This document shows, piece by piece, positions 1-13,874 of a DNA stretch of 64,000 nt. The translations under genes were made by a program, and so were the position numbers. The notes under the pieces were generated by a model. It searched no databases, was not told where the DNA came from, and saw only the letters and a program-made list of their open reading frames with translations. Numbering within the stretch: the first letter of the stretch is position 1; each line of letters starts with the position of its first letter. Source of the stretch: the human T2T-CHM13v2.0 reference genome, Homo sapiens; the NCBI RefSeq assembly GCF_009914755.1, contig NC_060932.1; one strand, 5' to 3'.

Positions 1-2589
1 TCTCTTTTCCAAATTCAGTTTCCTAATGCTCTTGGTTACCCCACTTTGGAGATTACCCCGGCTTGCCTAGGATGCATCTCTCCAACTTTCAATGCCTAAC
101 CTTGGCTAGTTAACCATCTTGAAACACATTCATATCAAAGCATTAATGACAGAAAATAGCTTAATGTGGTAACTTCTAGTCACATCTTTGCTTTACATAG
201 TGATTTGAAACTCCAAAGATCTTAAGTAAAGACATGCATTTTGAACAATGAAATGCCGTGGACTGGTAGGGCCAACAAGAAGGAGATGTTTAGCCAGAGC
301 AGCTTCCCGTGGTCCTTTGCATCATAATAGCTAGTCCATCTTTGGTTGATGCAAAAGTTGTACTTAAGAGAAAGCATGGGAACAGGGTTCTCTTTTAAAA
401 GCATACTCCAAATAGCTACCTTAAGGGGAAATGAATGGGAACCCTGGCACTATGGTGGGTTAATCTTGATGTTCTCCACTCATCCCTTACGCCTGTTACC
501 CATGTTAGTCTGTTTCTTACTAATTGGAAATTACTTTTACTTATGATTAAGAAACTGTTATAGTCCTGGACTTGTATGTAGAGGATAGGATTACAGTTCA
601 ACAAGTAGCCAAGTAATATATGACCAACTAAGATCCCTGGAATTTGGCTACCTAGGGTTTAATGTGTCTAGCAAACTATTTCCTCTGTAGTGAGAAATAA
701 CATGACACCAAACCTTTCAGAATCAGGCCAGGAACTGAAATGGGGGGGAAGTTGAACCAGCTGTCTTTGAAGCTGAACCCCGTCATTAAGGGCTAGATGG
801 CACAGCCATAGAATAGGTTAGGACTGTTCTAGAGAACTAGTGTTTGTTGTATATTAATACCTGTAATTTATAAGCCCATAAAGATTTATGCTTCTTGTAT
901 TTTATATGTTTATTTGTACTGTTTTTCCTTCACTTTGACAGTCTCAGCCTATCTCAGATTGGCAGGAAATCAATTGAAGTAAACTTTGTTCAGACTTCAT
1001 TCAAACCTCTGGGGATACAAATGGTAGTGACTGGTTATCATGGGAAGAGTGAAATTCAGAGGAAATTGAATCAAAACCCTCTAAACTTAGGCATTTTTTA
1101 ATAGTACTAAAACCTTGGAGTTTTTTAAAAAAAACTTTTAAAATCTTCTGGCTTTGTTCTATTTTATTTTTATTTTTTAGAAAGAGATATGGGAACTTTA
1201 TGATCACCTTGGATGATTTTATTGTAGTTAGAGATTAAAACATTCTAGCTCATTTCTGTAAATATGGAACTCAGTAACCATGTCTCAGTAGAGATGCTTT
1301 TTATTTACAGAGAGTAAATAGAAAGTAATTTCAATTTTCTAAAAATGACAAGTGCTGTCAAAATGTATGACAACCTGTAGTATAAGTATGTACAGATACA
1401 CTACTTTAAATTTATGTCTTAGATTTTCTTTTCTCGCTAATATTTATTTTTATTGACTTTTCTCAGAAATTATTTTAATCAGTCCTGTATTAAAAGATGC
1501 ACAATTTCAAATTTCTTCTTATCAGATTAAGACACAAAATAGGTTAAAATATAATTTGCCATTATTGTGTTTAAATGGATCTTAGAAGTGTTAAATTTAC
1601 ATTTGCATACTATTCTGGATACTTCTAGGAATTTTAAATTTGATGTCATAATTCTTCTATCACCTTTGGTTGTCTGCATTTAACATATGACACAGTGTGA
1701 TATCTGAATGCCTCTCTGAATAGCTCCCAGCTATAGTGACTACTGCCATCTTTAGGATGGATCCACAGATTCTGGATCTAACTTATGTGCAGTTAGAGGG
1801 AGTTTAAAGGAGATTTAAATTACCCTGCCAACTCCAATGACTCTTCATCCTTGGAGTTTGGTTAGCTGATTCTGTGCCTTGGTCCTAGTAACTGGGGGTT
1901 CTAGCTCCCCTAAAGATCTGAACTCATACCACAAATTGTTTCAAGATCTGTTTCTTTTCCTAAAGGTAAGCCTCTGGCTTGATAATGATTCTGGCGCCCT
2001 AGGCTTTCTAGGTCTGTTAATCTTAATTCTTTTGGTCATGCATTCCTTTGAAATTATGATAAAAGTTAGGTTTGTTTCCTTTGAAAGTGCACATATTCTC
2101 AGGTGTGTGTGCGTATACACACATACTCACAATTTTGAATACAGTTTCTGGGCTTTCATGAATCCTAAGGCAACCCCCAAAGAACGGGGTCTCTGAATAT
2201 TGCAGGCTTTAATGCCATGTGTAGTACACCCAAGCAGAAATCAGCCCAGCTGGGGCAGCATCCTTGCCCTTTGGTGCACCAGAATCTTGTCAGCAGTAGT
2301 CAGGTAGGGTCCACCCAATACAAATATTTGTCTAAAGCAATACCTGGAGAGGTAATATGATTTACAACTTAATGAGAAAAATAAAATAATTTGCTGAGCG
2401 TGAGTGAAGCTACTTTAGAGAATGAGAACAGTAAAGATTTTACTGTGTTGATAAAGACTGGATTGCACTCAGTGAATTACAGAGCAGCAAGGTTCTGATA
2501 TTTACTTTCAGTTCCTCTTCACTGAGGAACTTTTGAACTTCTACATGCATTGTGGCTAAAAGAATTGTGGCCTGTCTTCTATGGATGAT

Positions 2590-2720
2590 TTTAAGCTCAA
2601 CCATCAAACATCCATTAAACACCAAGTATATGTCAGGTCCTATGCTGGGTGTTGAGGACAGAAGATGAGTGAGGAGCTCATAATGTTGTACAGGAGAAAG
2701 ACATATAAGTAAATAATAAT
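2590..2720 (-). mobile_element. L2 3' fragment
   Basis: Degenerate L2 3'-end pattern (caaacatccattaaacacc...tgtcaggtcctatgctgggtgttgaggaca); boundaries approximate. Confidence 0.5.
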
Positions 2721-2744
2721 GAAAGGGATTGCCACTTTTTAAGT

Positions 2745-2902
2745 GCAGACTACGTGCTAATGGTTTCACATATATTATTTCACCAAATCTTTAAAACAAT
2801 CCTAGAGTCATGTTTATTTTTATCCTCATTTTACAAGCGAGGAAACAAAATCATGGACGATGGACCATATGCCATGGTAGAACTAAAGTTCAGACGCGAG
2901 CA
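2745..2902 (-). mobile_element. MIR (first half, split by a Zaphod/MER115 insertion)
   Basis: MIR core-like tatcctcattttacaagcgaggaaac; the MIR resumes at 5863. Confidence 0.65.
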
Positions 2903-2946
2903 CAGAGAAGACCCAGGTTTTTGGGAGGCCCTCTTTAAAAAAGAAT

Positions 2947-4792
2947 GCACTTTGTACTCATCAGACGGCTACTATGAAACAAAAAGAAAACCAACCAGAC
3001 AAAAATACAGCAGAAAACAAGTGTTGGCGATGATGTGGAGAAATGAGAACCCTTGTGCATTTCTGGTGGGAATGTAAAGAGCTGTCACCATTGTGGAAAG
3101 CAGTATGGTGATTCCTCAAAGAATTAAACACAGAACTACCTTATGGTCCAGCATTCCACTTCTGAGTATATATCTGAAAGAAGTGAGAACAGGGGATTCT
3201 ACAGATATTTGTACACCTGTATTCATAGCAGTGTTATTCACAATATTCCAAAGGTGGAAACAAACCCAGTGTTTATTGTCAGATGAATGAATAAACAAAA
3301 TGTGGTACTATATATACAGTAGTTTCCCCCTTAACCAAAGCTTTGCTTTCCTCTGTTTCAGTTATGTATGATCCACCACAGTCCAAAATTATTAAATGGA
3401 AACTTCTAGAAATAAACAATACGTTTTCAATTGCATGCCATTCTGAGTAGTGTGATGACATCTCACAGCATCCCACTCCATCCTGATGGGGCCGTGAATC
3501 TTCCCTTTGTCCATCATATCGCCTCTGTACATGCTGCCCTCCCCTTAGTCACTTAGTAGTCTTCTCAGTTATCAGATTTTCTGTTGCCATGTTGCAGTGC
3601 TTGTGTTCAAGTAACCCTTATTTTACTTCATAATGGCCCCAAAGCCCAAGACTTGTGATGCTGGTAATTTGGATATGCCAAAGAGAAGCCATCAGTCCTT
3701 CCTTTAAGTGAAAATTTGAAAGCTCTTGGCTTAATAAGGAGAGGAAAAAAGTCATATACTGAGGTTGCTAAGATCTACGGTAAGAACAAATCTTCTATCC
3801 AGGTAATTGTGAAGGAGGAAAAAGAAATTCGTGCTAGTGTTGGTGTTGCAACTCAAACTGTAAAAGTTACAGCTACAGTGCAAGATGGGTGTTTCGTTAA
3901 GACGGAAAAGACATTAAATGGGTGGGTGGAAGACATGAATAGAAAACATGTTTTGATAACCACCAGTTGCACCAGAAAGCACTGAGCATCTGCGAAGACT
4001 TCAGCAAGCAAGAAATGAGTTGACACCACGCCGCAAAGGGCTGGTTACACTGATTCAGAAATACAGAAGGTCAGTAGCAGCCTATGGCTACATCACAATG
4101 CTTACATCATTCACCTCTTGTCATCTCATCACAGAGGCATCACAGCATCTCCCATGACAAGAAAGGTGAGTACAGTACAATGCAATATTTTGAGAGAGAG
4201 AGAGAGACTACATTCACATAACTTTTATTATGATATATTGTTATAGTTGTTCTATTTTATTATTAGTTATTGTTGTTAATCTCTTCCTATTCCTAATTTA
4301 TAATTTAAACTTTATCATAGATGTGTTTGTATAAGGAAAAAAACATAGTGTTTATAGGGTTCGGTACTAGCCATGGTTTCAGGTATTGTCTTGTAACGTA
4401 TCCTCACAGATAAGGGGGACTACTGTATATACAAGGGAATATTATTCAGCCTTAAAAAGAAATGATACATGCTACAATATGGAGGAAGATTGAAGACACT
4501 ATGCTAAGTGAAATAAGCCATATACAAAGGGACAAATACTGTGTGATTCCACTTATATGGGATAACTAGAATAGTCAAATTTATAGAGCTAGAAAATAGA
4601 GTAATTGCTGCCAGAGCTCGGGGGAGGAAGGAGTGGGGAGTTATTGTTTAATGAATATGGAGTTTCAGTTTGGAAAGATGAAAAAGTTCTGGAGATGATG
4701 CGCGATGGGGGTTGCACAGCAACGTCAATGTACTTAATGCCACAGACCTGTATACCTTAAAATGTTTAAAGTAGTAAATTTAATTTTACCAC
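2947..4792 (+). mobile_element. L1MB-type 3' end (5'-truncated), interrupted by Tigger7
   Basis: L1 ORF2 C-terminus/3'UTR sequence (aacaagtgttggcgatgatgtggag...; gagtttcagtttggaaagatgaaaaagttctggagatg); TSD aaaaagaat at 2938-2946 and 4793-4801. Confidence 0.85.
3317..4425 (+). mobile_element. Tigger7/MER44 internally deleted TcMar-Tigger DNA transposon
   Basis: TIRs cagtagtttcccccttaacc...gataagggggactactg, TA duplication on both sides; ORF 3716-3985 is a decayed CENP-B-type HTH transposase N-terminus (KKSYTEVAKIYGKNKSSI). Confidence 0.9.
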
Positions 4793-5862
4793 AAAAAGAA
4801 TACAAAATTAATAATAAAATTAGTGACAAAAGTGAATATCTATTTAGAACAAGAAAATGATTTATAATAAATCAAATATTTTACAAAGTTAAATATCAAA
4901 AATATCACAAAATCTAAAAAACAATATTTCATATTCAGCCACTGCCAGACACAATCCTCTAAGAGCTTTTATCTATATTTTAATTTCATAATTCTGGATT
5001 ATCTCTTCATATAACAAAAATTTTGTATTATTTTCTGTAGAGAGAATAGAAAGATATTTCAGTCTTATTTCAAGCATGGTTGATTAAAATTTTTGTTTGT
5101 TCTTATTAATACTGGGATTCATAAAACTTCACACACATTTGAAGTACTGCTATAGGTTTGTGTCTTAATACACAGGATTCTTTAATTTTGTACTATTTTC
5201 ATCAAAAAAATTTTGTAACATATGATGTGGTTTTAATCGTACGTAAGACATTATCAGATACATTCCTGAGAGAACCTGTCTTAACTAGGTTTTCTGGTCA
5301 AATTCTAAAACCAAATTCTCTGCCTGCAGCTTTACACACTGGATGATTGAAATTATTTTCCCTCGATTAGCTCTGTCTCTGTGCATTTCACCATCTGTTT
5401 CTCTTCAATAACCTACAAATTTCTGAACCTGGGAGCCATTAGGAAGCACACTTTCACTTTTCAATATGACTTCTGGCCCTGCATATTTGTTTTGGCATAG
5501 TGGATGCTACCCTGAATGGCTAGCAATAAATTATCAATATACAGAAATGACTGATACCCACATAAATATGACCCACTAAAGCCAAACTAAAATTATTCTC
5601 AACTCAACTTTCCCCATTTGGGTCTCAAAAATGCCCACAGCCCCTCCAATACCACCTGATACAGGAAATATGATGCCGTACAGTCAGAGTAAAATGATAA
5701 TGGGGTTGACTGATTGTGGTTAAATATCTTTTGCAAATTTTATATAAAACATATGATTGTGTGAACACATTTCTTGTGCCCTTCTGGGATCTTGGAAGTA
5801 AATCAAGCAATGAATGGTCTTACAGCTTAAGCATCATTATTTTTACAATATTGCCACCTCTG

Positions 5863-5915
5863 CCTAAGTCTGTCTCACTCCAACATTTTTGCTTCTCTCC
5901 ACTGTGCTATTCCAC
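5863..5915 (-). mobile_element. MIR (second half)
   Basis: cctaagtctgtctcactccaac...ccactgtgctat continues the MIR broken at 2902. Confidence 0.55.
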
Positions 5916-6744
5916 CTTAGATAATTGTAAAACATTAGGACAAGGGCAATGAGAGAAACCTAATTAGACAGGAAGGACACACTAAAGAAAGACACATGAA
6001 ACAGCCTGGAAAGAAGGCTTCGGAGGGAAGAACTCACCTATCGCATGCTGGCCTGTCCTGGCATTGCACTGTTTTATTTTATGTATTTTGTTACCACTTT
6101 CAGAAAATTAACAGCACAGCTCTGCCCAACTAGCACATCTAATGCCATGTGCCACCCACCCGCCCTACACTGACCAGTGGTGCCATAAAATACCTGTTTT
6201 TTTCCTTTTCTTTTGAAAAAAAAAAAGATTAGAACAAATAGAAAGATTAGAACAAATGTTGGCATGATAGAAACAAGGAATAAAATAGGCAGAAACATCC
6301 CAAGGGAAGATCTACATGCTCTAAATGAGTTTGTGTCTCTTGGAGAGGAATAAAATCCAGAGCACGGAGAAAGTTCAGATAAGATGGATGAACCTCAAAA
6401 TAACTCGAGGTGCAGTGAAGACTCAGGCAGAACAACTGTATCCTGGCACATGCTATCCCAAATTTCAAAAATAGAATGGTGGATGTAGGTGAGCTATAGA
6501 TCATGAGCTTGATGCAAATGTAGGTAATATTCTGAGATACAGTATTCAGTAGATAGTGTTAATCACGTAGGGAATGGTCAATAAAATGACAAAAGGATTC
6601 TTGATATTGAACTGGATATAAAACATGTAAAAAGCAAGTTGACTCCAATCAGGCAATAAAGAGATTGAATTCAGTCGAGTAGTGAATAATATCCTATAGA
6701 GGGAATTTCAACTATCAAATTACACAGTTATAAGTTATAAAAGA

Positions 6745-7408
<664 letters not shown>

Positions 7409-8222
7409 AACTAGGTAAGGGTACACATGATATACTAGACTGCATGAAACAGTGTGAATTTGGAAAGCTCTGTTACCTCAAGGAGATGCCCAGCAGATTG
7501 ACTTTCGGGTCGTGTAGAGGCACCCTGGGCATGTGTGGTACCTAATTAGGTCCCTGACCCTCTCTCAAATTCTTTAACTGACACTTCAACCCTGGCCTTG
7601 ATTCTCTGATACAGTATCCTCAGCCCAATCAGATCATACATCTATCTATTCTCTTTATTTGCATAAGTGGATTTACAATACTGGGAGAAGAGAGAAATAA
7701 CTATAAGAATGTTGAAGTTAGTCAAATCCACAATATTAACACATTTGTATTAACTTTAGAAATTTAATTATTTAATCCTTGAGATAACCTATGAAAGATT
7801 GTTTGTTAAGTTACTTGAAGCATTTAATATAACCTGATATATTAGAAAATCAGATATATGAACCATATAATTTCAATTTTAAAGTACAAGAGCATTTTCT
7901 TCAGTCTATACACAGTGTTTGAATGTTTAAGAGAACATAACTTACTACTGCATAAATTTGGTTTATTACTTTTACTGGAATTGCTTTAATTATTAGAGCC
8001 CCCTCCCTCCTTTTATAAACTTGCAAGATGTATAAAAGATACTAATGTGTCAGGCATTTGAAATGCTTGAGAGATTCAGGTAGACTAAATTTGTAATTGA
8101 TATAATATATAATATTTAAAGGAACTTAATTAACCAAGTCTATCAATTGCATTATTTGTTTAGGGGAATTAACGTCAAATTGAACATTAGTCATGGAATA
8201 ATTTTAAATGGTAATTTATATT

Positions 8223-8525
<303 letters not shown>

Positions 8526-8654
8526 TTATCCTTTTCAGATTTACAGATTTACAGAGATCTGCTTGATAAATATAAAAGGTTTAGAAAAACTATAAAGGTT
8601 TTTTAAGCTTTGCAGCTTTCATTCATTGAATAGTAATTAAGATGTAGGTAGGAC

Positions 8655-9136
8655 TGTATTTTACAAGATTTAAAGATTCTTTTGGCAGTCGGATAAAACA
8701 CTTCAATGCTCAGCTAGATGAAAGGCAGAAGTCTTTGTTACTTACAGCTCTGAATGAGAGAAGGCTGCCACAGAGGACCACGCAGGGGGTTGCACCTGAG
8801 GACTGGGTACCACAGGCTGGAGGGGGAATGGGCAGCTTATGTACAGCAAAAAGGGTGGGGTTAGCTAGGTTGAATAATTTTGAATAATTTGCATAATTTT
8901 GGCGGGCTTTGGGGCATGGGCGCTGTCCTTAATTGTCTGATGTCTGGCCCTGTGGTGATTAGAGTGGGTACATAGTGGCCCCAGAGTGTGAGAACCTGAT
9001 AAGGGAAGTGGTTGGGGTGTGGATTTAATCAGCTGCTCAAGAGAGGAAACTGACCAGCCTCTAGCCAAGGCCTCCATACTAGGTCAAGACAGCACAATAA
9101 TCAATAAAAATACCATATATGAAATATATTTAGTCA
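8655..9136 (-). mobile_element. 3' LTR of provirus (LTR53/MER88/MER54-like, class III annotation)
   Basis: Homologous to 13875-14222 (shared tgt..aagattt.aaga..tttg start and ggtcaagacagcacaat end); U3 boundary uncertain (9096-9136). Confidence 0.8.
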
Positions 9137-9145
9137 CTGATTCCT

Positions 9146-11181
9146 TTATATCTTGATGTCGATTTTGAACTCAATTATTTGGGGTGTTTGAGTGGCCTGA
9201 ATAGTAGAGGAGACTTCTACAGAATAGGGCCTAAGTTGCACTAAACAGCATAGAAAACATTTTATTATGACAATAACAAGGAAGAAACCAAGTAGAAATG
9301 TGACAAGTCCCTGAAGGCTGACTCGTAACCAGGCTCCCATTTGTTTGGCGTTGGCCAGGAGAATACATCAGTCATGGCAAGGGCCTTTAGTCATATTTTG
9401 ACTGGATTTCAGAGTGTGTTAAATATGTAAGGCATGTTTTTTTAGGGTGATGGTTTTCTGATCCAGGCTTTCTGTTAGAATGACCTCTTGATTGGTGGTG
9501 TTAACCCACCTACAACAAGAAGCTCTAATAATGTTACAAACACCTCTTTGACTAGTTAATATATAATCAAGGACAAATTTACTGTCAAAAAACATTTTTG
9601 CCAAAGCTCCCTGGTTTAGCAGGACTAATATTTGCTGTAACTTAGAAATATGATATACTAGAGTTTTGGACATTTGTAGGGTAGCATCAATTATTTTTGA
9701 CTGTTGGGCTAAAGCAATGGTCCTTGTGGCCATCGCAGCAAGTCCCAGAGCAGTGGTGAGTCCCAGTATTATAGGTACAAATGTGGCACATCAATGACAT
9801 TTGGCTGGGTAGGGAAAGAATAATTAACATTTATATAAATAGGAATGCCAAGAGAGGCCAGAATGCATCTCGTGGCTTCCAGTTTCAGAGTAATGGAAGG
9901 GCAAAGGAGAGGGGATAAACACCCTTGTTGGTTGGGACACAATATAGTTTTGTGGCATTACCATTAGACTGGAAAATTGTACCTTGATTTAGGTAAAGGG
10001 AAATTACTAAAGAATGGGACTGGAGGAAGACAGTGGCTTTTGTTGGGCATATGGTGAGAATATGCAGTTGTTCATTGGGTAGCCCATCTGTGGTATGTAT
10101 TGAGGAAATACGAGTGCAGTTGCCACTTGCCATGAGGGGGCACCCCAATACAGAAGAAAAGGCCGTTTGGAAGTGGTTTTCATTTCTCAGTATTTTTCAT
10201 CTCTGGGGCAATTATCAGTTGGGTAAATGTGTGATGTGGGATATGTGGAAGCAGGGTGATGAGTTATGGATAGTCAGTGCAGAAGAGCCTACTTCAGTCA
10301 AATGTGTTTGTATTTTGGATGTCTGTATAAATATCAGAGAAGCTGGGGCAGTGGGTTTGAATTTTACTTACGTAGTCTTTTAGAGGGCAAGAGGAGAAGA
10401 TGCTGTTAGGACGGAAAAGATAGGGGTGGGAGTAGGGATACTGACAATGAGAAAGGGAAGGCGAGGAGGATGGAAGGGAATAAATGGTTTGACAGTCGGA
10501 GACCAGCAGATGCTCCTTTTACTCCTAGGAGAGCACACAGGGTGGAATACTTCAGTCAGGTTACCCTTTAGGCAGGAGAAGTGGGTGGGATTAGCAGGAA
10601 CCTGAATCTTAGAAGCATTAGGGAGGTATTGGACTTGGTCTCATAAGGGCTAAGCCAGGTATAGAGTGGAATTACAATCACAGAGAGCAGAACTTCGAGT
10701 TTTATAGGTGTCTGTAAAGTCTGGAAAGTTACTCCAGTGTTGTGGGTCTTGCTTTTTTAAAACAGAAGTCAGCAGTGTAACCAGCTACTGGAAAACCAAG
10801 AGCCTCTGGTCTCCTATGAATGGCAAGACATTCCATGTGCTAGTGTAGTTGGCACTGCCCATAGTTGGTTGGGAGGCAGGGGGCATGTCATCTTTAATGG
10901 CATGGTCTTGAGCTAGGGCAGTGTCGGACTAGGGTATCCTTCCCACATGGATACCCACTAGGGTTGATGTGGGCTGTATTTTTGTGACTCTGTGGTGTTA
11001 TAATGGGGCTGAGTCATTTGTAGAATTTGAATACAATGTTGGGTCCTGGGAGCTTGATTCACAAATGTCTTTTAAGTCAAAGGCTTTGTGGGTGCACAGC
11101 TAGCAAAGATGCTGGCATCCAGAATACTCCTATAATTGGACCAAAGTGCCAGAATCTGAATGGTACAATCAAAGTCTCAAT
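9146..11181 (-). pseudogene. env: Decayed retroviral env (gamma-type SU-TM)
   Basis: ORF 9419-9733 has a heptad region, an ISD-like DSKFVLDYILTSQRGVC and CX6CC (CNIIRASCC); ORF 9146-9340 has a TM anchor (LQGLVTFLLGFFLVIVIIKC); fusion peptide ATFVPIILGLTTALGLAAMAT follows a CpG-decayed furin site at 9788-9799; stops and frameshifts throughout; 5' boundary approximate. Confidence 0.85.
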
Positions 11182-11196
11182 TAAAGGCAGCTAAAT

Positions 11197-13063
11197 GTCC
11201 CTACAAAGGACAGGATCTTGTTCCTTTTTATGGTGGCGTAGTATTCCATGGTGTATATGTACCACATTTTCTTTATCCAGTCTATCATTGATGGGCATTT
11301 GGGTTGATTCCACATCTTTGTTATTGTGAATAGTGCTGCAATTAACATACATAAGCATGTATCTTTATAATAGAATGATTTATATTCTTTTGGGTGTATA
11401 TACCCAGTAATGAGATTGCTGTGTCAAATGCTGTTTCTGGTTCTAGGTCTTTAAGGAATTGCTACAATGTCTTCCACAATGGTGGAACTAATTTACATTC
11501 TCACCAACAGTGGAAAAGCACTCCTATTTCTCCATAGCCTCGCCAGCATCTGTTGTTTCTTGACTTTTTAATAATCACCATTCTGACAGGTGTGAGATCA
11601 TATCTCATTGTGGTTTTGATGTGCATTCCTGTAATGATCAGTGAGGTTGAGCTTTTTTTATGTTTCTTGACCACATATTTGTCTTCTTTTGAGAAGTGTT
11701 TGTTAATGGGCTTTGCCCACTTTTTAATGGGGTTGTTCATTTTTTTTCTTATAAATTTGTTTAAGTTCCTTGAAGATTCTGGATATTAGACCTTTGTCAG
11801 ATAGATAGATTGCAAAAATTTTCTCCCACTCTGTAGGTCACCTGTTTGCTCTAATGATAGCTCCTTTTGCAGTGCAGAAGCTCTTTAGTTTAATTAGATC
11901 CCATTTGTCAATTTTTGCTTTTGACATTTTTGTCATGAAATCTTTGCCTATGCCTATGTTATGAATGGTATTGCCTGGATTTTCTTCTAGGGTTTTTTGT
12001 TTTTTTTTTTACTTTTGGGTTTTCATTTAAGTCTTTAATTCATCTTGAGTTAATTTTGTGTAAGATGTGAGGAAGGGGTTAAGTTTCAATTTTCTGCATA
12101 TGGCTAGCCAGTTCTCCCAGCACCACTTACTAAATAAGGAATCCTTTCCCCATTACTTGTTTTTGCCAGATTTGTCAAAGATCAGATGGTTGTAGATGTG
12201 CAGTCTTATTTCTGAGATCTCTATTCTATTCCATTGGTCTATGTGTCTGTTTTTGTACCAGTACCATGCTGCTTTGGTTACTGTAAACTTGTAGTATAGT
12301 TTGAAGTAGGGTAACGTGATGCCTCCATCTTTGTTGTTTTTGCTTAGGATTGTCTTGGCTATATGGGCTCTTTTTCGGTTCCACATTACTTTTAAAGTAG
12401 TTTTTTTCTAGTTCTGTGAAGAAAGTCAACGGTAGCTTGATGGGAATAGCATTAAATCTATAAATCACTTTGGACATTTTGGCCATTTTCATGATATTGA
12501 TTCTTCCTATCCATGAGCATGGCATGTTTTTCCATTTGTTTGTGTCCTCTCAGATTTCATTGAGCAGTGGTTTTTAGTTCTCTTTGAAGAGATCCTTCAC
12601 TTTCCTTGTTAGCTGTATTCCTAGATATTTTATTCTCTTTGCAGCAGTTGTGAATGAGAGTTCATTCATGATTTGACTCTCTGCTTGTCTACTGTTAGTG
12701 TATAGGAATGCTTGTGATTTTTGCACATTGATTTTGTATCCTGGAGCTCAAAGCCATTATCCTCAGCAAACTAATACAGGAACAGAAAACCAAACACCTC
12801 GTGTTCTCACTTATAAGTGGGAGCTGAAAAATGAGAACACGTGGACACAGGGAGGGGAACAGCACACACTGGGGCCTTTCTGGGGGGTGATGGCAGGGGG
12901 AGGGAGAGCATCAGGATAAATAGCTAATGAATGTGGGGCTTAATACCTAGGTGATGGGTTGATAGGTGCAGCAAACCACCATGGCACAGGTTTACCTAAG
13001 TAACAAACCTGCATGTCCTGCGCCTGTGTCCCAGAACTTAAAATAAAATTAAATTAATAAAAA
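11197..13063. mobile_element. 5'-inverted (twin-primed) truncated L1PA13-16-like element inside the ERV
   Basis: 11197-12742 is L1 ORF2 3' region on minus; 12743-13063 is L1 3'UTR plus A-tail on plus; TSD taaaggcagct(a/g)aat at 11182-11196 and 13064-13078. Confidence 0.92.
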
Positions 13064-13078
13064 TAAAGGCAGCTGAAT

Positions 13079-13854
13079 ATAAAAGCTCTCAACAGTCCCT
13101 GGTTTTTCTAGACGTGTGATAAGAGGGGTTCTGCTGTACACAGGTTTTAAATCATATGGCCTGATTTGAGTGCATATGGTTAATAGGGTGTCAGGTTGTT
13201 TGCCAATTAATATATCTATGGCTGAGGCTCTAACTCCAGTATTAGTCTGTAGGAAGCCCTCCAATTTAACCAATTTCTATGTTCCTTTATAGTTCCTTTA
13301 TAGTAATTGGTTAAATTGGTCCAGTTGACAATGAGACCCGGGTGCCATTTCTGTATTGTGGGAGAGCCCAACCAACACTTTCCTCCACAAGAGTTTACCT
13401 GAAACACTCAGACAAACAGGATTCTGCCCTCCATAATAATAAAGAAACACTGCTGCCAAAGAAGTTACAGACTCCTGGAATAGGCTTCTGCCAAACACAG
13501 GCTATGAGCAGAAGCATGGGGAATGCAGACCCTGCAAAGTGCAGCTCAAGTGGCTCATCACTCCTAATGGTCTAAGGTGGGCCCCAGCTGTACTAGTGTA
13601 TAGCTTTGGAGTTTAGCCAGTCAGCAATGATCATTTTTAATGTTCCAACACAGGAATGTGGATACGGAGAGACTTGGCAACCACCGGCAGGCACAGCAGC
13701 ACCAGCTAAATTGCAGCTCACCAACAGGCAGCAGTTACATCCCTAGTTGTGCTGGTGTGGGTCTGGAGCCAATGAGTAAGCCAAGAGCAGACCCTCACAC
13801 CCTGCACCCTGCCCCACAAGGAGCTACCCAAGAGTCCACAATCATGGCCACACC
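13079..13854 (-). mobile_element. ERV internal leader (possibly integrase tail/env 5' region)
   Basis: Lies between the PBS and the env remnant, contiguous across the L1 TSD. Confidence 0.65.
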
Positions 13855-13872
13855 TTCCTGCTCACAGCACCA
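13855..13872 (-). promoter_or_regulatory. Primer binding site complementary to tRNA-Ser(CGA) 3' end
   Basis: Plus-strand tcctgctcacagcacca vs remembered tRNA-Ser-CGA 3' end TCCTGCTCACAGCGCCA (one CpG-type change); 2 nt from the LTR end. Confidence 0.8.
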
Positions 13873-13874
13873 AT

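Larger units (their letters stand above)
2903..5862 (+). mobile_element. Zaphod/MER115-like hAT-Tip100 DNA transposon (interrupted by an L1MB at 2947-4792)
   Basis: Start cagagaagacccaggtttttgggaggccctctttaaaaaagaat resumes at 4793 (aaaaagaatacaaaatta...); end gtgaacacatt...cagcttaagcatcatta...ccacctctg matches remembered Zaphod/MER115 termini. Confidence 0.65.

Noticed and set aside
1-2580. Possible exon or 3'UTR in the repeat-poor start of the window
   Set aside because: No recognisable coding homology or convincing splice/polyA structure; cannot be supported without a search
3716-3985. Domesticated CENP-B/TIGD-like gene
   Set aside because: Frameshifted N-terminal remnant inside a deleted Tigger7; no catalytic domain
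9146-11181. Co-opted functional env (syncytin-like) gene
   Set aside because: In-frame stop at the furin site, frameshifts, split TM and an upstream L1 insertion; not intact at this locus
13855-13872. tRNA-Ser gene
   Set aside because: Only the 3' ~17 nt match and it abuts an LTR, so it is a PBS
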